DNA of 64,000 bases from Octopus sinensis (Eukaryota): assembly GCF_006345805.1 (NCBI RefSeq), contig NC_043006.1, positions 1,860,001 through 1,924,000 of the forward strand, written 5' to 3'. The notes beneath the pieces are model-generated. The model searched no databases and was not told the origin of the DNA. It worked only from the letters and a program-made list of their open reading frames with translations. Below are positions 62,301-64,000 of the stretch, piece by piece (position 1 is the first letter of the stretch; each line of letters starts with the position of its first letter). The translations under genes and the position numbers were made by a program.

Positions 62301-64000
62301 GAATACATGTTAGATGTGAGTTTCATTCTGACCTGGAGAAAAGGAAAGAGGGAAACCGTTTTGTTAATAGAAAGGAAGGTGGGAGCAAATGAATGATACA
62401 ACGACAATAATCATTATACTCTTAGCTTGTGTCTATGTTAGAGATCAATAATATTGACTATAGAGAGAGAGGGTATTTGATTTTGGTGTTCCATTGGTTG
62501 GCCCTGGTTTTGGGTCTTCCTGTATCAGCATTTATTTGTATGCTTTTATATCTCATTCATTCAGACCACTCAGCTGGCCAAAATGAGTTGTGCCTGTACT
62601 TCAAAGGGCCAGCCTTGTCACATACTGTGCCATGCTTGAATCTCCATGAGAATTATGTTAAGGGTACACATGTCTGTGGAGTGTTCGGCCACATGCACGT
62701 TAATTTCACAAGCAGGTTGTTCTGTTGATCGAATCAACCGGAACGCTTGTTTTCATAACTCATGGAGTGCCAGGCATATCGTATTCAGGTTTTATGGAAA
62801 TCCACCACACCCTATATAACTAGATTTTCTTATGTCCCCTTTCATCCAATAATGTCCTAATGGCAATTAAAAGAAACCATTATTGCTATTGTTGCTGTCA
62901 TTTTAAACCTTACTGGGCCTGTCTGAAATGTTTGTAGAGCAATAAAAAAACTCATTAAGCACACACTCAGTGTACAAACATTGGTGACTCATCGAGGTGT
63001 CCAATAGCTATTGTCGCAAGTAGGACAGATCTAGCTGTCAACCAATTCTATGATGGGAATTACTCTACCTTCTTTTTACTGGGAAGGGCAGGTAGGTGGG
63101 ATTTTTTCTTTACTTCTGTCTAGTAACTATGAAGAAAGAGTTATGATTACGTTGAGTCCCAGCACTTGACTGGTACTTTATTTTATCAACCCTGAAAGGG
63201 TTCCTTGGTGGAATATTAACTCAGAATGTAAACAGCTGGAAGAAACGACCCTGACCATTTTGTCCAACAGGGCCAAGAGCAGTAATTATTTGGGAGGTAA
63301 GTTGTCAGTTAAATCAATAGCAATACTCAACAGGTCCTTTATTTTATCAACCCCAAAGGATGATAAACAAAATTAACCTCGGCAAGATCTGAGCTGAAAG
63401 CATAAGGAGTGTACAAGAGGTGAATTAAGAGTTGGGCTTTACCAGATTAGGAAGTATATTTAAATGTGTGCACGTAAGAAGGTCTGAAATGTATAAATGC
63501 ATGTTTTACAGAAAGGTAACGATTAAAATCAGAAGGTAATGCTTTTGGTAAACAAACATAATTTACTCCTTGCTCACACATGAAGTAGCTGGCACAACAG
63601 AGATAAACGTACAAGACAATAGGGTGTAGGGGGCATGAGTTAATTCCTTAATGCACATCAAGGAAGTTAGCTCCGGTACTTGGCTGCAAATCTAAAATAT
63701 CCAATAAGTTTTGGAGTGGTAGTGAGGTGAGGTATAAATCCCACAGTGTGTTGAGCTAGATGAGCCACAAGCTCGTCGATAGATTAGTGTCTACATCTGA
63801 ATGGGATAAAGCAAAGCAGTGATGAAAGGGCACCAGATGTTAACATTCCGACATTTAGACAACGACTGGATAAAATGCCTTTGAAAAACACGTGGTATTA
63901 CTCTGGGCAGAAGTCGTCATGTGTATTCCTCTGCCGTTAGCTTTCAAAGAGTGGAGGAATGTACCACCAATGTGCTGCTACGCTGGACTAAATGCTGCAT

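Noticed and set aside
63700-64000. Moderate-GC stretch with ~50-codon open frames at the window end
   Set aside because: There is no recognisable motif, and it is truncated by the window edge.

Overview
AT-rich eukaryotic genomic DNA dominated by transposable elements. The repeat families resemble those I recall from Octopus genomes; this is an inference and no database search was run. The only host gene I can support is the 3' end of SMC6 on the + strand, with coding exons at 27062-27214, 28282-28379 and 49491-49617. These carry the LSGGERS signature, Walker B/D-loop and an acidic tail, and the last intron is 21.1 kb. The rest is a TE mosaic: a 2.6-kb decayed RTE LINE with a PHD finger plus roughly two dozen RTE 3' stubs, a Penelope RT/GIY-YIG fragment, CR1, an R4/Dong-like RLE LINE, a Gypsy pol relic split by the CR1, several Tc1/mariner elements and MITEs, piggyBac-type MITEs, Helitron-like pieces, three tRNA-derived SINE families and microsatellites. 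The most notable unannotated structures are: (i) a ~200-nt dispersed repeat carrying minimal type I hammerhead ribozymes, with covariation visible among five copies and a non-canonical core base in two; (ii) a perfect 97-bp and an imperfect 113-bp inverted repeat flanking one hammerhead copy just downstream of the SMC6 poly(A) signal; and (iii) a fold-back mariner MITE built from two transposase 3' ends. No CRISPR array, rRNA or genuine tRNA gene was seen.
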